Source: Octopus vulgaris (taxonomy: Eukaryota). From it: a DNA stretch of 64,000 nt. Below are positions 1 through 13,320 of the stretch, in pieces; position 1 is the stretch's first letter, and every line of letters begins with the position of its first letter. Below the pieces are notes generated by a model. It was not told the origin of the DNA, made no database searches, and saw only the letters and a list, made by a program, of their open reading frames with translations. Position numbers and translations under genes: made by a program. The stretch is from contig OX597825.1 in the NCBI GenBank assembly GCA_951406725.2, positions 30,876,001-30,940,000 on the forward strand, given 5' to 3'.

Positions 1-1112
1 CACCTTACACAAATTTGATAAAATGAGAATCATTTTTCTTAACAATAATTAATAGATAAAGATTTTTGTCAACACATTTGTAGCTCTCTGAATATATCTG
101 AAAAGTTCAAACATTAATTTCAAAACACTTTCCTTCATTAATAAATAGATTATATGTTGTAATTCAGTTTCAACTTTTAGCTGTTTTATTTTTTGTTTTA
201 TTTTTTGTATCTTTTTTTTTTTCCTTTTGTCTTTAAAAGCAAGCAGCATATGATTGGGTTTTTTTTTTTTTGAAACAAGGCATGCTGAACATTGTAATAA
301 ATAAAAACTTGAACATCACTTAATGAATTAAATGTCACATGTTTAGGACTTCAGTGATGCACAACTATATTTTTTTTATATGCTATGGAATGGCCCACAA
401 TTCTTTTTTTCTATTTTTTCCTTTTTTTTTTCTTTTTTGCAATATATCAATGTGTATAACGTTTATAATGTACATACAAATGTGAAACAGCATCAGCTGT
501 AATAGTTTTCAGAGAGTAACATCTCCAAGAAATTTCTGAAGAGTTTCTCTGAGATAGAATATTACATCTAATTCCATTATGCCTTTGTATATACATTATG
601 AATGTTATACATACCGGGATTTCAATTTAATGCTGTTTCAAGTGCATATATTAATATTTTATAATGACTGTGGTCCATGACAATATTATTTAAATAAAAC
701 AAAACATAAATGAATAACAGCTATAACACAGATTGAATCCAAATCACATAAGCCATATCTGAAAGGTAAAAATATCAAATTAAGTAAAAAAAAAAACAAC
801 ATAATAATAAGCAAATTAATCAGTGTGAATGTAGAAAATATTGTAACATCATGCATGTAACTTTTCCCTATATATGTAAGTGTCACTGTGGCCCACTGAA
901 GATTTTTCATGACCCACTCTTGAGCTGTATGATTCTTACTGTGCACCATTGGCTTAAGTGACAGTATACTGTGTGTGTGTGTGTGTTGTGATGATGGTGG
1001 TGGTGGTGGGCGGTATTCACTGTATAGCAGTAGCAAGTTTCCATCAAACTGAATCTACAATGTAGGGTTTGATTCCTAGTTGAACCATTTTAATACACCT
1101 GTTCCATATACC

Positions 1113-1330
1113 ATGGAGGTATATGGTCCAGTGGTTAGTGTGTTGCACTCATGATTGTGAGATCATGGTTTCAATTCCCAGATCAGGTGTTCCTTTTCTC
1201 TTAGCTATAAATGAGTAGCTGGGAAATTGATCCTGTGAAGAACAGGTGCCCTATTTCTTGGGTGGGGGATGTTTTAATCTCAGTCAATTACATGCTGTGG
1301 AAACCTGGTTAAACTCCAGTCTTTTTGCTC
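1113..1330 (+). mobile_element. Degraded tRNA-derived SINE (tRNA-Arg-like head group)
   Basis: tggaggtatatggtccagtggttagtg...ggtttcaattcccagatcagg with A/B-box-like motifs; homologous to the 11213-11457 and 33580-33879 heads. Confidence 0.65.
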
Positions 1331-1930
1331 ATGACAGACCTATGTTATAATCTACTCTATTTACTAGGGAGTTGTTAACTTGTAGTCAATACTTTGTAGA
1401 AGAAAGGGCTTTATCACAGTCAATTGCTCTCAAATCATATTACACACTCACAAACAAAGCATTCATGGTTGATATTGTTAAAGCTCCAAGATATTTTACA
1501 TTTCACAATATATTTATGTAGAGTCAAAGCTGCTTTATTTAACTGTCATTGAAAGAGGGTCAGTAAGCTGTATTCTATAACAAGCAACATTGACTTCAAG
1601 GCTCTATCCACCATACAAATAATTATGAAGGAGAAATATATAGAAATCATTGTATCAATTAGTGAGTGTTTTGTTAACCTGCAGTAGTGAATTTGAATCG
1701 TATTGCATGCATATATAGTTTACAGTGACAAGGTGCTTGACAGAATGACTTATTCTGCATACCCAGATATATAGCATTACCACTGCTTACAACAGGGAAT
1801 TATACCATATTGTGGTCAAATCAACCAGGGTGGATTCTATGTAGTCAATCACTCTCCTGCATATAGTAACTGATTCCCACTCAAATCACACCCTATCATC
1901 TTAGAAAAGAAGGCTACACTAGATAACATG

Positions 1931-2229
1931 TTTGTTCCTCCTCGAGCCATGCCTGGTTCATTAGAGCCAGTTTCCCGGTTTCCTTGGTATATAGGTTCCC
2001 CACCTGGACAGGATGCTGGTCCATCACAGGTGAGCTGCAAGATGCAGGAGGAAAGAGTGAGAGAAGGTTGTGGCGAAAGAGTCAGCAGAAGTTCACTATT
2101 ACTTTCTGCCGGAGCCGTGTGGAGCTTAGGTGTTTCACTCATAAACACACATTGTCAGGTCTGAGATTCGAACCCGCAATCCCTCGACCGTGAGTCCGCT
2201 CATCTAACCACTAGGCCATGTGCCTCCAC
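1931..2229 (-). mobile_element. tRNA-Arg-like SINE (resembles octopus OR-type SINEs) with 12-bp TSD
   Basis: Minus-strand head ggaggcacatggcctagtggttaga...gggttcgaatctcag; flanked by direct repeat CTAGATAACATG at 1919-1930 and 2230-2241. Confidence 0.85.
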
Positions 2230-2797
2230 CTAGATAACATGGAAGATGAAATTTTCACCAGTGACTCCACATGGATTAAGTTAGAATTACAGTGGAGCGG
2301 GATTATTCAGTGACATCAATGTGGTTTATACTCAGTTTGAATTGCTATGGCTTTAAATATAGAAGAAAGATCAAGGGTCAAGCAATTCTTGGGAAAAAGA
2401 CTGGGCAAAGTTCTAGATATGACCACTCTGTCTGGTTCCTGAAACAATACATCTAGGACCATATTATTCCAATGTGCACTTTTTTTAAATAGAGTCAGGT
2501 ATGATTTGAGGAAGATCTAGCTGCTATTTTTAGCACATTGAATGACCACGTGGAAACTCTCTTGCTGGCTTGCACACAATATGGTGTGATTAACTGCTGC
2601 TGTATGCCATAGCAATACTTAACAGATAAGCAATGGGGAATATATCTAATGCTGGGCAGAAAATAAGAAAAGCTAAAACTAATTAGAAATACTAATATAG
2701 TGATCATCATCATCATTCTCATTATCACTGTTCTCATCCACTCTCTCCTCATCATTTAATGTCCAGTTTCCATGCTAGCATGCATCACCAAAGGTCA

Positions 2798-3261
2798 AAT
2801 CCTTGTAGTGGTATGATGGCTTGTATACCTCTAACAGCTATACTGGTGGGGCACAAACCCTTGATAAGGCCCCACCCATGCTGGAAAGGTCAAAGGTGAG
2901 AGGCCAATCTGATATGGAACACTTCTTCACAGAGGAAAGCATGGGCTTGCATGGGATCAACACTCCTACTTTGAGAAAAAGCAAACTTAACAGAAGCATC
3001 AATGACAATTCAAAACCAAGAAGAGCCAGGGGAGGAAAAAGACAGCCCAGGGTTGAGAACAATGAAGAAATGCTGGAAAGGTCAAAGGTGAGAGGCCAAT
3101 CTAATATGGACCACCCCTTCACAGAGGAAAGCATGGGCTTGCATGGGGTCAACACCCCTACTTTGAGAAAAAGCAAAATTAATGGAAGCATCAATGACAA
3201 TTCAAAACCAGGATGAGCCAGGGGAGGAAAAAGACAGCTCAGGGTTGGGAACAATGAAGAA
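2798..3261 (+). mobile_element. 5'-UTR fragment of an RTE-clade LINE containing a 192-bp tandem duplication
   Basis: ccttgtagtggtatgatggcttg...agctatactgg...ccacccatgctggaaaggtcaaaggtgagagg resembles the RTE/BovB-type 5' region; units at 2878-3069 and 3070-3261. Confidence 0.6.
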
Positions 3262-3844
3262 ATGTTGTTGGTGGTTTATGTTTCATAGGAAACGAAGAAC
3301 TTAAAAATAAATGAAATTCCATGTTGACATGGGTTGGACGGTTTGACAGGGTGGTGCAACAATGTCTACTTGGGTATAGTTACCCTGGATGGATCCCCTT
3401 CCTAATGCCAACCTCTTTACTTAGCATATTGTTTCCTTCTTTCATTGCACCAACATTTCATCGTCGTCATTATCGTCGTCATCATCATTATCATCCCTAT
3501 CATCAACATCATCACTTCGTCTGCTACTGCCACCGCCTGCTACAGCCAACAAAACCACCACCACCACCACCACCACCACCATCATCATCATCACCATAAT
3601 TTTTACATCCACTTCTTCCCATAACCGGCATCGGTTAGACAGGACTTCTTGAGGCAGTATTCCATGGCCAAACCCACAGATTTTCTTTCTGTGTTTTCCT
3701 TCAAGTAAGGTTCTTTATTCACTGTTGTTTTGCACTAAACCACGGCCACTTGTTTTGCTTATGAGTGATATAAACACGTAAACACTGCCGAATCAGTATC
3801 AATGCAAAGACACACAGACACACACATATATATTTTTTTATTCT

Positions 3845-4042
3845 TTCTTTTTATTTGTTTCCGTCTGTTGTCATGCTGGAACACCGCATTTAGCTGAGCA
3901 AATCGACCCCAGGGCTTATTCTTTGTAAGCCTAGTACTTATTCTATCAGTCTCTTTTGCTGAACCACTAATGTTATGGGGATGTAAACACACCAACATCG
4001 GTTGTCAAGCGATGGTGGTGGGGGGAAAAACACAGACACACA

Positions 4043-4081
<39 letters not shown>

Positions 4082-4227
4082 GACAGGCTTATTCCAGTTT
4101 TAATCTACCAAATCCACTCACAAGGCTTTCGTCAGCCCCAGGCTATAGTAGAAGACATTTGCTGAAGGTGCCACGCAGTGGGACTGAAACCGGAACCATG
4201 TGATTGGTAAGCTACTTCTGCACCTAT
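3845..4227 (-). mobile_element. Major tRNA-derived SINE (here 'SINE-A') with internal (TA)/(TG) microsatellite
   Basis: Shared blocks caaatcgaccccagg..cttattctttgtaagcctagtacttattctatc and ctaccaaatccactcacaaggcttt..gctatagtagaagacac, present in roughly 20 full or partial copies in the window. Confidence 0.9.
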
Positions 4228-4499
4228 ACATATATATATATATATTTATTTATGTATAAAATTTTAATTTTTAAAGAAACATCACCAACATTTCTGGAAG
4301 AAGTTAGTAATCTTCTTCCACAAGGATTGGTAACATTCTCTTAGATAAAAAAAAAAAAAAATAGTTATATTAATTTAACATCTGCTTTCCATGCTGGCAC
4401 AGGCTGAATGGTTTGACAAGAACTGGTAAGGCTGGAAGCTGCACCAGGTTCCTTTGTCTGTTTTGGCATGTTTTTTATTACTGGATGCCCTTCCTATAT

Positions 4500-6378
4500 A
4501 TAGAGTAAAGGTGATGCATTAGATATAAATAATTACGGAGGTATCAAGTTGTTGGATCAGGTAATGAAAGTCATGGAGAGTGTCATAACCCAACTGATTA
4601 AGGAGTGAATCAGTTTAGACAAGATGCGTTTCGGGTTTGTACCAGGAAGAAAGCACTACTGATACTATATTTCTGGTAAGACAGCTGCAGGAGAAATTCC
4701 TAGCCAAAGATAAACCTCTGTATCTGGCTTTCATTGACATAGAGAAAGCCTTTGACAGGGTCCCCCAATCCCTTATCTGGTAGTCATTGTGGAAACTAGG
4801 GAAAGATGAGTGGTTAGTGAGAGCTGTACAAGCCATGTACAGGGATGCTGTCTGTAAGTTGAGGGTTGGCAACAAGTAGAGTGAAGAATTCTGGATAAGG
4901 GTAGGGGCCCATCAAGGATCAGTCCTCAGCCCCTCTTATTCATCATAGTCCTCCAGGCAATAACAGAGGAATGCAAGACAAGATGTCCCTGGGAGTTTCT
5001 CTATGCTGATGACCTTTATCTAATAGCTGAGTCTCTATCAGAACTAGAGGAGAAGTTTCAGGTGTGGAAGCAAGGTCTAGAATCAAAGGGCCTTAGAGTC
5101 AATCTAGAAAAACCAAAGTCTTAATAAGTAGAAAGGCAAACAAAACCCCTTCAGGTAGATGGCCCAGTTTGATCTGTAGAAAAGGTGTACCCAGTGTAAG
5201 CTATGGACACATAAGAGGTGCAGCAATATCAAAGGAAGATAGTTTTTGTGTGTGGCAAATGCTCAGGGGCAATACACACTGTAAATGTGCAGAAAACAGC
5301 TTCTGTCACATGACAGGGGGGAAAAAACTAGAAGTAGTTGATAGCTTCCATTACCTAGGTAACCAAGTCAGTAGTTGGGGTGGATGCTCTGAAAGTGTAG
5401 CTGCTTGAATAAGAATAGCCTGGGCAAAGTTCAGAGAGCTCCTACCTCTGCTGGAGACAAAGGGCCTCTCACTCAGAGTAAAAGGTAGACTGTATGATGC
5501 ATGTGTGCAAACAGCCATGCTACATAGCAGTGAAACATGGGCCATGACTGCTGAGGACATGTGTAAGCTTGCAAGGAATGAAGCTAGTATGATCCGCTGG
5601 ATGTGAAATGTAAGTATGCGTACATAACAGAGTGTAAGTGCCCTGAGAGAAAAGTTGGACATAAGAAGCATCAGATGTGGTGTGCAAGAGAGACGACTGT
5701 GCTGGTATGATCATATAGATGAGGACAGCTGTGTGAAAAAGTGTCATACCCTAGTAGTATAGGGAAACTGTGGAAGAGGTAGACCCAGGAAGACCTGGGA
5801 TGAGGTGTTGAAGCACGCCCTTCAAACATTGGGCCTCACTGAGGCAATGACAAGTGACTGAGACCTTTGGAGATATGCTGTGCTTGAGAAGACTCAGCAA
5901 GCCAAGTGAGACTGTAACCGTGGCCTATGCCAGTGCAGCATAACCGGTCCATTTAAGAGTACCTTTCAATCATTGGGCAATAGACTGCACTTGCAAAGAC
6001 CTGTTGAGTCAAGTGAAGTCATTGTCATGGCCAATGACAGTATTTCCTGATTTCGCACCTGTGCTTGTAGCACATAAAAAGCACCATTTGAGTGTGGTCA
6101 TTGCCAGTGCCCCCTGACTGGCTCCTGTGCCGATCACATAAAAAGTACCATTCAAAAGTAGTTGATGCCAGTACCACCTGACTGGCCCTCATGCCTGTGG
6201 CACATAAAAAGCATCCACTATGCTCTCAGAGTGGTTGGTATTAGGAAGGGTATCCAGCTGTAGAAACTTTTCCAGATCAGATTGGAGCCTGGTGCAGCCT
6301 TCTGGCTTCCCAGCCCTCAGTCAGACCGTCCAACCCATGCCAACATGGAAAGCAGACGTTAAACGACGACGACGGTGA
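4500..6378 (+). mobile_element. 5'-truncated RTE-clade LINE (degenerate reverse transcriptase + 3' UTR)
   Basis: Translates YGGIKLLDQVMKVME...FGFVPG...TDTIFLVRQLQEKF...LYLAFIDIEKAFDRVP...GAHQGSVLS...FLYADDL...GRGRPRKTWDEV with stops/frameshifts; ORF ends TGA 5907-5909; 3' UTR with repeated ggcac(a/g)taaaaagcacc units and a (GAC/GAT)n tail. Confidence 0.93.
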
Positions 6379-6502
6379 TATATATATATATATTTATATA
6401 TGAGGATAATATCGATATTTAAGTGTCGAAATTATCAAGTGGCCAGCATGAAAGAAATACCTTACAAAGGTAAGAAGGTTGGTGTCTTTTAGACACCCTC
6501 AT

Positions 6503-6549
<47 letters not shown>

Positions 6550-6551
<2 letters not shown>

Positions 6552-6780
6552 GTTCAAAATGATGGAAGAAACAAAACAACAAAAAGCAGAAATAGGCGAG
6601 AGAACAACAGATAGAGTGAATTAGTTTGACACTCAAGAAAAAATGGAAGAAATCTTTAATGTTTCAAGCCTACACTCTCCAACAGAAAGGAAAGAGGAGA
6701 GAAAACAGATGGAGAGAGGAAAAAAATGGAAAGAAAACAATATGTGTCTGGATTAAGAGTTGCGCATATTGAATTTCATA
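6550..6780 (-). repeat. Short interspersed repeat in (TA)n, same family as 59350-59550, with decayed hammerhead-like motif
   Basis: Minus strand CCTTT CTGTTGG A GAGT gtag GCTT GAAA CATT AAAGA (6653-6690) aligns with the better-preserved motif at 59450-59487. Confidence 0.6.
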
Positions 6781-7805
6781 TTATATATATATATATATAT
6801 ATATATCACTGAATCTGTTAGAATAATTAATACTAGTCACTGAGCCAATAATAGCCTATCCGCATGACATTAGTTTTTCTCATTAGAATTGTTATGTTCT
6901 GCATTAGATATATTCATTTGCACTGAACTACTGACGACCATATTTTTCAGCAAGTCAAATTTTTCAGACCAACACATACAGTCAAAAACAGGTATATCAA
7001 GACAACTTTAGAAGACCAAAAATTCCAAGAGAAATGGAGTAGGATTTAGAAAGATAGTGACAAAATGTCTATACTATATACTACATCGATTTGAATGCTG
7101 GAAAATACAGCTAAGAGTTCAAGTCTTGCCATAGAAAAAATACTTGTGGCATAGAGGTCAGGGTTATATATTATTTTACTCGGGAAGGAGGTAAGTGTTG
7201 GCCACAGGAAGAGCATCTAGCCGTAAAAAAAATAAATCCATCCCAACAAATTCCATCTGAACCATGCAAGCATGGAAAAATGGACATTAAAACGATGATG
7301 ATGATGGTGACACTAGTATTCTGTCTAGGGAAAACTCTGTCTCTCATCCCTATAACATCACAAATAATAGAGATAACAAGCGTCCCTTAGGACCCTTGAA
7401 GGTTCATGGGGATTCACAGAGGCATGAAGAGAGTGCCTTTCCACGAATGTAAGGTGGGGTAGGGGGTGAAATCAGCTCAAAGTTGTTTTGTGAAGTAATT
7501 TGGGTTACCATGAAATACAAGGTTTTGGTGAATGAAATTGAGATGATAGAAATTTAAGTGAAAGAATTAAATTATTGTTATGTAATAAAATTTGAAAAGA
7601 AAAAAATTACAATTTCAATAGAATATATTCTTAAATATAATTGAAATAATTCTTTTACTCTCAATTTTTCTATTATCATGGTATGCATGCGTGTTTGTGT
7701 ATACACATACATATATGTACGCAAATGTATACAGGTATATAATGTGTGAGTAATGTAAGCAGATGTGTATGTATGTATATATTCATACACACATATATAT
7801 ACATA

Positions 7806-7849
<44 letters not shown>

Positions 7850-10800
7850 CATATATATATATTATTATATATATATGCACATGTATATATATGTATATAT
7901 ATGTTGTGTGTGCATATATACATGTACACACACACACACACAGATATACATACACATACAGATGCACATACATATATTAATATTGTTCATATGGTATTGA
8001 TTACAATAAATAAATATAAGAAAACATCTTCGTATTCTCACACTGATAGCTAAATTTGATTCTTAATTTAATATATTTCTATGGTTGGGTAAGTACTTCA
8101 GGGAGGGCTTGTATGAAGTCGCAAATAAATAATTTCTAAAGATATAATGCTTGTTGAAGTCTGAGAAGCAATAATGAGGTGACCATAGCATCAGCTTAGT
8201 TTTATGCATGGCTTCAATAGTTTTCTCTTTTTTTGTAAAAATAATATTAACAATAATAATAATAATGACAACAACAACAACAATAATAATAATAGTAAGC
8301 AAACAAAAATTTCTCCTGGGTCGAAATGGGTCTCCTTTGTATATTGACTGAATTTCCAGAGCTTTTAAGAAAGTCTGGAAGTAGATTCAATTCTAAAGAT
8401 GATGAATATAATAAAAAAAATGGATAAGAACAGTGAAAAAATATTAAAAAATAAAGCAAAATTTAGATTTCTCGCTGAAGAAAGTTAATAAGAAAATTAA
8501 TAAAGCATGAATAATAATAAAAAAAATACATAAATTAAATATATAAAAAAATTTCTGGTCTAAAATGTCTGTATTAAGTAAAAAAAAAAAGTAGACAAAA
8601 ACAGAAAAAATGGGAAGAAAAAGAAAATGTCAACAGAATTAATGTAAAATAAGAGAACTTTCAAGGAATTTTTTTTTGCAGCAAGAATTTTTTGTTCCAA
8701 AGAGGTAGTTTTTATACCAACTTTCCTATCTAAACAGAAAATTTGAAAACTTCCAAGTTTGTGAAATATGATACAATATGATGGAATTAAATTTTCTTTT
8801 TCTTTTTTTTTTCTTTGATTGGGGTGGATGGAGTTTGCCAAAATATTCTATTTTAGCCACAAAACACTTATGTTTCTTTCTTCATTTTTTTTTTGCTTCT
8901 TGTTTTTCTTTTTTCATTCCAATCAACTCGAAGCTAGAATGAGGTATATCTGGAATATGTGGGCATCAAGATTTTTGATTGGAGTTCACTTTTTTAAGTA
9001 TGAGTCAATGTTGGTTTCTATGCATTCTGCCAACCATTGCAAAATGACCTGTTGTAAAATTGACAAAATGTCTCTAGTATAATACCTGGCTCCCACAGTA
9101 TTAACACTTTCTTAACCCTTTTAGAGAATTCTCATTCCCTTACCAGGGATCAAAAAGAAGTGGGAGAGAACTTGTCAATGACTTTGTCTATGTACATAGT
9201 TCCAACAATATTCAAAAGGATGAAGAAACTTCTCGCAGAATAGGAAAAGCAGCACCAGCAGTTTTCTAGTTCAATAAAACATGGTTTGGCAAAAAATGTT
9301 CATTCAAGTTGAAACTATTTTGTTACGATTCAATTTTTTGTCCAGTTTACTGCACGGCTGTGAAACCTGACATTAATTTTTATTTTATGATAAGGACCTT
9401 GTTGATTGGTGACATATGGCACAGGAGAAGACCCATCAACCTGTGCAAGCATGGTGAAATATATTTAAAATGGGGTAGAAATGGTGTCTGGGATATCTGT
9501 CTACAACTGGGCCTTTCATCCAGTTTGTACCAGCTAATACCCCATCTGCTGTTCCTTTTGCTTATTTGATACTCTCTCAACCCCCTTCCTATTCACTGTG
9601 CCACGCCAAGCATCACATTCTGTTGCCACAAACCATTCCTGTAATTACTCATCACTCACTCACTCTTTCTTTTTCTCTCAGCAAACAAATAGCTGCCATT
9701 AATGTCTCTCATCCATTACAATGCCTGGATAAGGAAGGATTGCATTGGATCTCTTGCTATCCATTGCACTCCCAATTTTACCCTCCTTTACTACTCACCG
9801 TAATTTCTCCTTCCAGTCAGTCTTTTACTCACATCAATCATTCCTTTATTATTGCCGTCTTGCTATTCCTTATCAACTAATATTACTTCTAATTCCATAT
9901 TGATATCTGTTGCACTCTTTTACCACTAACCATTTCTGATACTCTCACTCACTCTCTCTCTTTTCTATTTGCAAACATGTAGCTGCCATTAATGTCTCTC
10001 TCCCACTACCTTCTCTCTCTCTCTCTCTCTTGTAACACCCTACCTTTACTGCTTCTCTTGATTAGTCCTTAGGTATTAATCTCTCACATTTCTTTCTTTT
10101 TCCAATCACTCACTTTCCCCCCTTTCATACTCTTTTTTCTTTTTCTCTCCCATCCTAGGTCATCTTCTGCAACCAATCTCTCTTCTACCCACTCCACTGG
10201 CCACATTATCCTGAATAGAGACAATATAGTACAGTGAGAACACTCTTTAGTCTTGCAGGGCAAAAGGCAATCTCGCTAGTACCACCACCATGATAAAATT
10301 TGTCCAGTACAGCCAGTCACGTGACTGGCAAATGATCAGAGACATTGTCGGGCTAACAAAACTCTGTAGTTTGTCTTCTTGAGGACATGACATTCTTTCC
10401 AATGCAGGTGCATGATAAATGCACCCAGTACACTCTGTAAAGTAGCTGGTGTTAGGAAGAACACTCAGCTATAGAAATTTGCTAAAATTTAAATATATCA
10501 TCCTTAGAAGAGCAGAAACTTCGAATATGAACTAACTCAGAGTGTGACAGCCCACGAGAGCTTTTGCCAAATGGAAAGCAGAGATAAAATGGTAACTGAT
10601 GCTAATAATGATGACAATGACAAACACTGAAGAATAATGTCATAAGGTTTCTATTGAACCAAACATTGGTTTACTGCAATTCTGATGGTGAACGCAACAA
10701 AGGTGTCTCTGTAACTAGATGCGAAACAACTATCTCAAAGGGCTTCATTTTTAAAGGGGAAGATTTCCATTTTTCTAACCAAAGTTTCATAGTCAAACCA

Positions 10801-11138
10801 TATGTACACATGCATGCCAAAATACACACATACAAATATATAGATATACACACACATACACACTTTAAGTAATCATTTTTCAGGAAATCATAAAAATGCC
10901 AGGTATTACAATATACAAATATACAGTCCAAATAGTTTATTCTCTTTTGCCTCATGAGCACCAGCTCATCAGGCAAAGTGAGGCTTTGAAAACGCAGTCG
11001 CCCTGCATTTTGCTTGCCTAAATTATACACACACACACACACACACAGTTTAATTTTATATATATATATTTTATATCTTCATTATTATTTATCATCGATT
11101 TTCCATGCTGGCAGGGGTTGGACTATAAATCTATAGTT

Positions 11139-11170
<32 letters not shown>

Positions 11171-11212
11171 CACACACACACACATATATTTATATATATA
11201 AATAATAAATAT

Positions 11213-11566
<354 letters not shown>

Positions 11567-12582
11567 CTTATATATATAGGGAAGCAAACTGCTTAATTGC
11601 AGTCATCCCTGCACTGTTTTCAAAACTAAGTAGAACACAAGACAAAGAAGCAAGCATCAGCATCTGGCAGGAGTTAGGATTTAGCATGCTTTATTCTTCC
11701 CATATTAGCCAATGACCAAAGATATTCTTAATAACTCTGGCCATTTCTTCTTTTTTTTTTTGTTTGTTTTCATGCATAGTGTATCTGCAACCATATTATC
11801 CAATCATCCAATCTATTTTTCGCTTTTTTTATTTTTTTTCTACAGTGGTAGAGTGATACGAGGAATATTTTTTTTCTTGTTTTTAGAGGCTAAGTGACAA
11901 TACGGAGACTTTCAGTCTTGCTAATCACATACTGTGGTGCCCACCACATAGAAGTACAAACTCGAAAGGTTTGGCATCTGACCAATCAGAGAGATAACTA
12001 TTATTATTTTTCTTTCCTTTTTTTTTCTTCTTGAGAGTGAATATGTGAGAATACTGACTGCGGACAGACCCCCCAATTCAGTATGCTGACTAGTTTATAT
12101 TGATGACAATGAAGGGGCTCAAAGTAAGAAGGAAAAATGATTGTCAGTCACAGATAATATTCCTCGTGTCAATTTATAATTCAATTTATTAGTCAATGAT
12201 ATCATATGATAAAACAATAGCAATACAATGCTCACTACCAGCTTTTACAAGTAGTCAAGTACTGACGTGGTCAAATCCACTATATATCCTTTTCTCTCCC
12301 CACATTTATGAGCTGAGTTTATATAAAAGATATTATTATTACTATATTATTGTTATTGTTATTATAATTATTATTAAATCAAAATTAAAAGAAGATTGCC
12401 ATTGTCATCTAGTGAATGATATTTCGACATCTTGTGTGTCTTCAACAGGTTCAAAAAATAATTTTGTCAATCTACTTCATTTTGGTTAATATATAAAGGA
12501 TTGAGGGAACGCCTCCTGAAGATATGAGTCAAAATTATCATTATTATTATTTATTATTATTATTATTATTATCATTTATCAC

Positions 12583-12889
12583 TCACAGGTTTTGTTGTAA
12601 CTCCTGGAAACTTGCATACATAGTTGGCTTGCTACCTGAAGCCTCTGGTACCATGCAGTCTATTCTTTCCCACTATCTAATACTTCCCTGATGATGATTC
12701 TGGCTATGCCAAGGAGGCAAAACTTTTGTAATGGTTCTACTGGACACTCTATTCTGATTTCATTTATATTCTTCTTGATGCTTTCTGATATTGTCCCCAA
12801 GGATACAGCAATTAATGACACTATTTTTATTGTCTCTCGTATTTTAGAGGATTGTATATGTCTAAATTTCTATTTCCATCTGCCTTGTA

Positions 12890-12893
<4 letters not shown>
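12583..12893 (-). mobile_element. 3' end of R4/Dong-like non-LTR retrotransposon in a (TAA)n tract
   Basis: Minus translation IKIVSLIAVSLGTISESIKKNINEIRIECPVEPLQKFCLLGIARIIREVLDSGKE* matches the REL-clade C-terminus (V.IIIGALG...LQK..LLGTARIIRKVL); flanked by (TTA)n on both sides. Confidence 0.8.
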
Positions 12894-12920
<27 letters not shown>

Positions 12921-12923
<3 letters not shown>

Positions 12924-13320
12924 TCTTTTACTCTTTTACTCGTTTCAGTCATTTGACTGCGACCATGCTGGAGCACTGCCTTTATTTGAGCAAATCAGCC
13001 CCAGGACTTATTCTTTGGAAGCCTAGTACTTATTCTATCGGTCTCGCCTGCTGAACTGCTAAGTTGCGGGGACGTAAACACACCAGCATCGGTTGTCAAG
13101 CGATGTTGGGGGGACAAACACAGACACACAAACATATACACACACATACATATATACAATGGGCTTCTTTCAGTTTCCATCTACCAAATCCACTCACAAG
13201 GCTTTGGTTGGCTCGAGGCTATAGTAGAAGACACTTGCCCAAGGTGCCACACAGTGGGACTGAACCTGGAACCATGTGGTTGGTAAGCAAGCTACTTACC
13301 ACACAGCCAGTCCTGCACCT
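12921..13320 (-). mobile_element. SINE-A, full length
   Basis: Complete head (ggtgcaggactggctgtgtggtaag...ggttcagtccca) through (agtaaaag)n tail. Confidence 0.92.

Noticed and set aside
1-960. U/A-rich stretch resembling a long 3' UTR
   Set aside because: No associated exon or strand can be established from sequence alone.
7578-8053. Numerous [16 protein letters not shown] ORFs here and throughout the track
   Set aside because: Translations of (TA)n, (CA)n and (TAA)n microsatellites, open in several frames on both strands.
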